Positions 63,300 to 64,000 of a DNA stretch of 64,000 nt are shown piece after piece. The notes beneath the pieces were generated by a model that worked only from the letters and a program-made list of their open reading frames with translations, was not told where the DNA came from and did not search any database. The position numbers and the translations under genes are program-made. The stretch's first letter is position 1. Each line of letters starts with the position of its first letter. The DNA comes from a virus: IMG/VR virus record IMGVR_UViG_3300045988_125651, one strand, 5' to 3'.

Positions 63300-63640
63300 A
63301 GCAGACTCTCCCCTTATAGAGGACTTGAAAATCCGTCTATAAGTGAGAGTCTGTATAACGATGAGTCCCGTCAGGATCAACCCCCGTCACCACCACTTGC
63401 CAGCTAACGACAGTTAGTGTATGAAGCTTTCGGTGTTCGCTACCGTCCTTCCCGCGTCTTCTTCAATCAACTCTTGCGCTTCTGCCCTGGGTCCCACTTG
63501 CAGTGTTTGTTTCAAGTCGAAATGTTGCGTGGTGTATTTAGCCGTCTCTTCCACTCCGACCTTTGAATGGGGACAAAAAAAAAGAGTCCCCATTCGCCGT
63601 TCGTGTAACGCTCCGAACTTTGAACGAGGACTCCACATAT
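63300..63640 (-). ncRNA. candidate structured non-coding RNA core (class unknown)
   Basis: GC-richer island between AT-rich flanks. A 20-bp composite hairpin lies at 63302-63353. A 10-bp stem lies at 63565-63595, flanked by 14-nt direct repeats at 63554-63567 and 63611-63624. Bounded by a promoter at 63699-63730 and a terminator at 63066-63102. Confidence 0.4.
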
Positions 63641-63698
63641 GTTGATTGAAGTATCCTAAATGCGCCTTATGTTAGTGCGTTACTACTAAAAAGCGATA

Positions 63699-63730
63699 CA
63701 AAGATACGTTTTCTTGTTCAACCGACCAAA
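63699..63730 (-). promoter_or_regulatory. Bacteroides-type promoter (minus strand)
   Basis: On the minus sense, TTTG (63727-63730), a 20-nt spacer, then TATCTTTG (63699-63706). Confidence 0.55.
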
Positions 63731-63792
63731 TTCACTTTACATTCGTTAACACCATAAAAAATCATAATTCCGTAAACTATTTTATAAAATAG

Positions 63793-63824
63793 TTTGCTTG
63801 TTACCCAGAATTTACCTAACTTTG
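63793..63824 (+). promoter_or_regulatory. Bacteroides-type promoter (plus strand)
   Basis: TTTG (63793-63796), a 20-nt spacer, then TAACTTTG (63817-63824). Confidence 0.55.
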
Positions 63825-63926
63825 CACCATAAAAACCAAAGAAAGCTGACAATCAGATAGTTACAATATATTATAAGTGAACCCTGCGAGGTCACTTTTA
63901 GACAATATTGCTTTTTATTTGATTGT

Positions 63927-63961
63927 ATCGCTAACAGCTTCTTTACCAAGCTGTTAGCGAT
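63927..63961. repeat. perfect 14-bp inverted repeat
   Basis: ATCGCTAACAGCTT (63927-63940), loop CTTTACC, then AAGCTGTTAGCGAT (63948-63961). Confidence 0.6.
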
Positions 63962-64000
63962 ATTATGCTTTGTGTAAGCTGCTGCTAATAAACGAGTTAC

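Noticed and set aside
63363-63385. tmRNA: the minus-sense GGGGGTTGATCCTGACGGGACTC resembles a tmRNA 5' end
   Set aside because: No tRNA-like 3' end (T-arm/ACCA) follows within the transcription unit. There is no G:U at acceptor position 3 and no tag-peptide reading frame. I also found no RNase P-type GGAAAGTCCGGGC or ACAGAACCCGGCTTA boxes.
63414-63645. 74-aa ORFs on both strands (63414..63638 minus, 63421..63645 plus)
   Set aside because: Mirrored ORFs of identical extent on both strands in a GC-richer, highly self-complementary segment point to chance open frames in a structured RNA or DNA element.

Overview
Nearly the whole 64-kb window reads as a tightly packed dsDNA phage genome, or a prophage interior. 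The host looks like a Bacteroidota type: canonical TTTG/TAnnTTTG promoters, a DUF3127-type OB-fold protein, PcfJ/PcfK-like genes and few Shine-Dalgarno sites. Layout: (1) 0.3-2.2 kb, accessory cluster with three small lipoproteins and a minimal rhomboid protease. (2) 2.2-11.4 kb, minus-strand packaging/head block with an 887-aa virion protein, large terminase and portal. (3) 11.6-19.3 kb, plus-strand scaffold, major capsid, connector-like genes and a run of fibre-like genes. (4) 19.3-37.5 kb, minus-strand 'ejection' operon dominated by one 15.5-kb ORF (5179 aa) carrying ParB-like, SF2 helicase, N6-adenine methyltransferase and membrane modules. (5) 37.5-38.7 kb, coding desert with tandem repeats and extreme G depletion. 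(6) 38.7-45.7 kb, XRE repressor plus plus-strand early genes. (7) 45.8-62.2 kb, minus-strand replication/recombination genes and many small genes: Rad50-like ATPase, RecT, MBL nuclease, DnaC-like loader, iteron-bearing initiator, DNA MTase, YopX, NinG. (8) 62.3-63.0 kb, divergent HTH switch. (9) 63.1-64.0 kb, non-coding unit bounded by a promoter and a terminator. I recognised no integrase, tape measure, sheath, endolysin/holin, rRNA, CRISPR array or intact tRNA. All functional calls rest on motifs recognised by eye. Coordinates of small elements were hand-counted and may be off by 1-2 nt.
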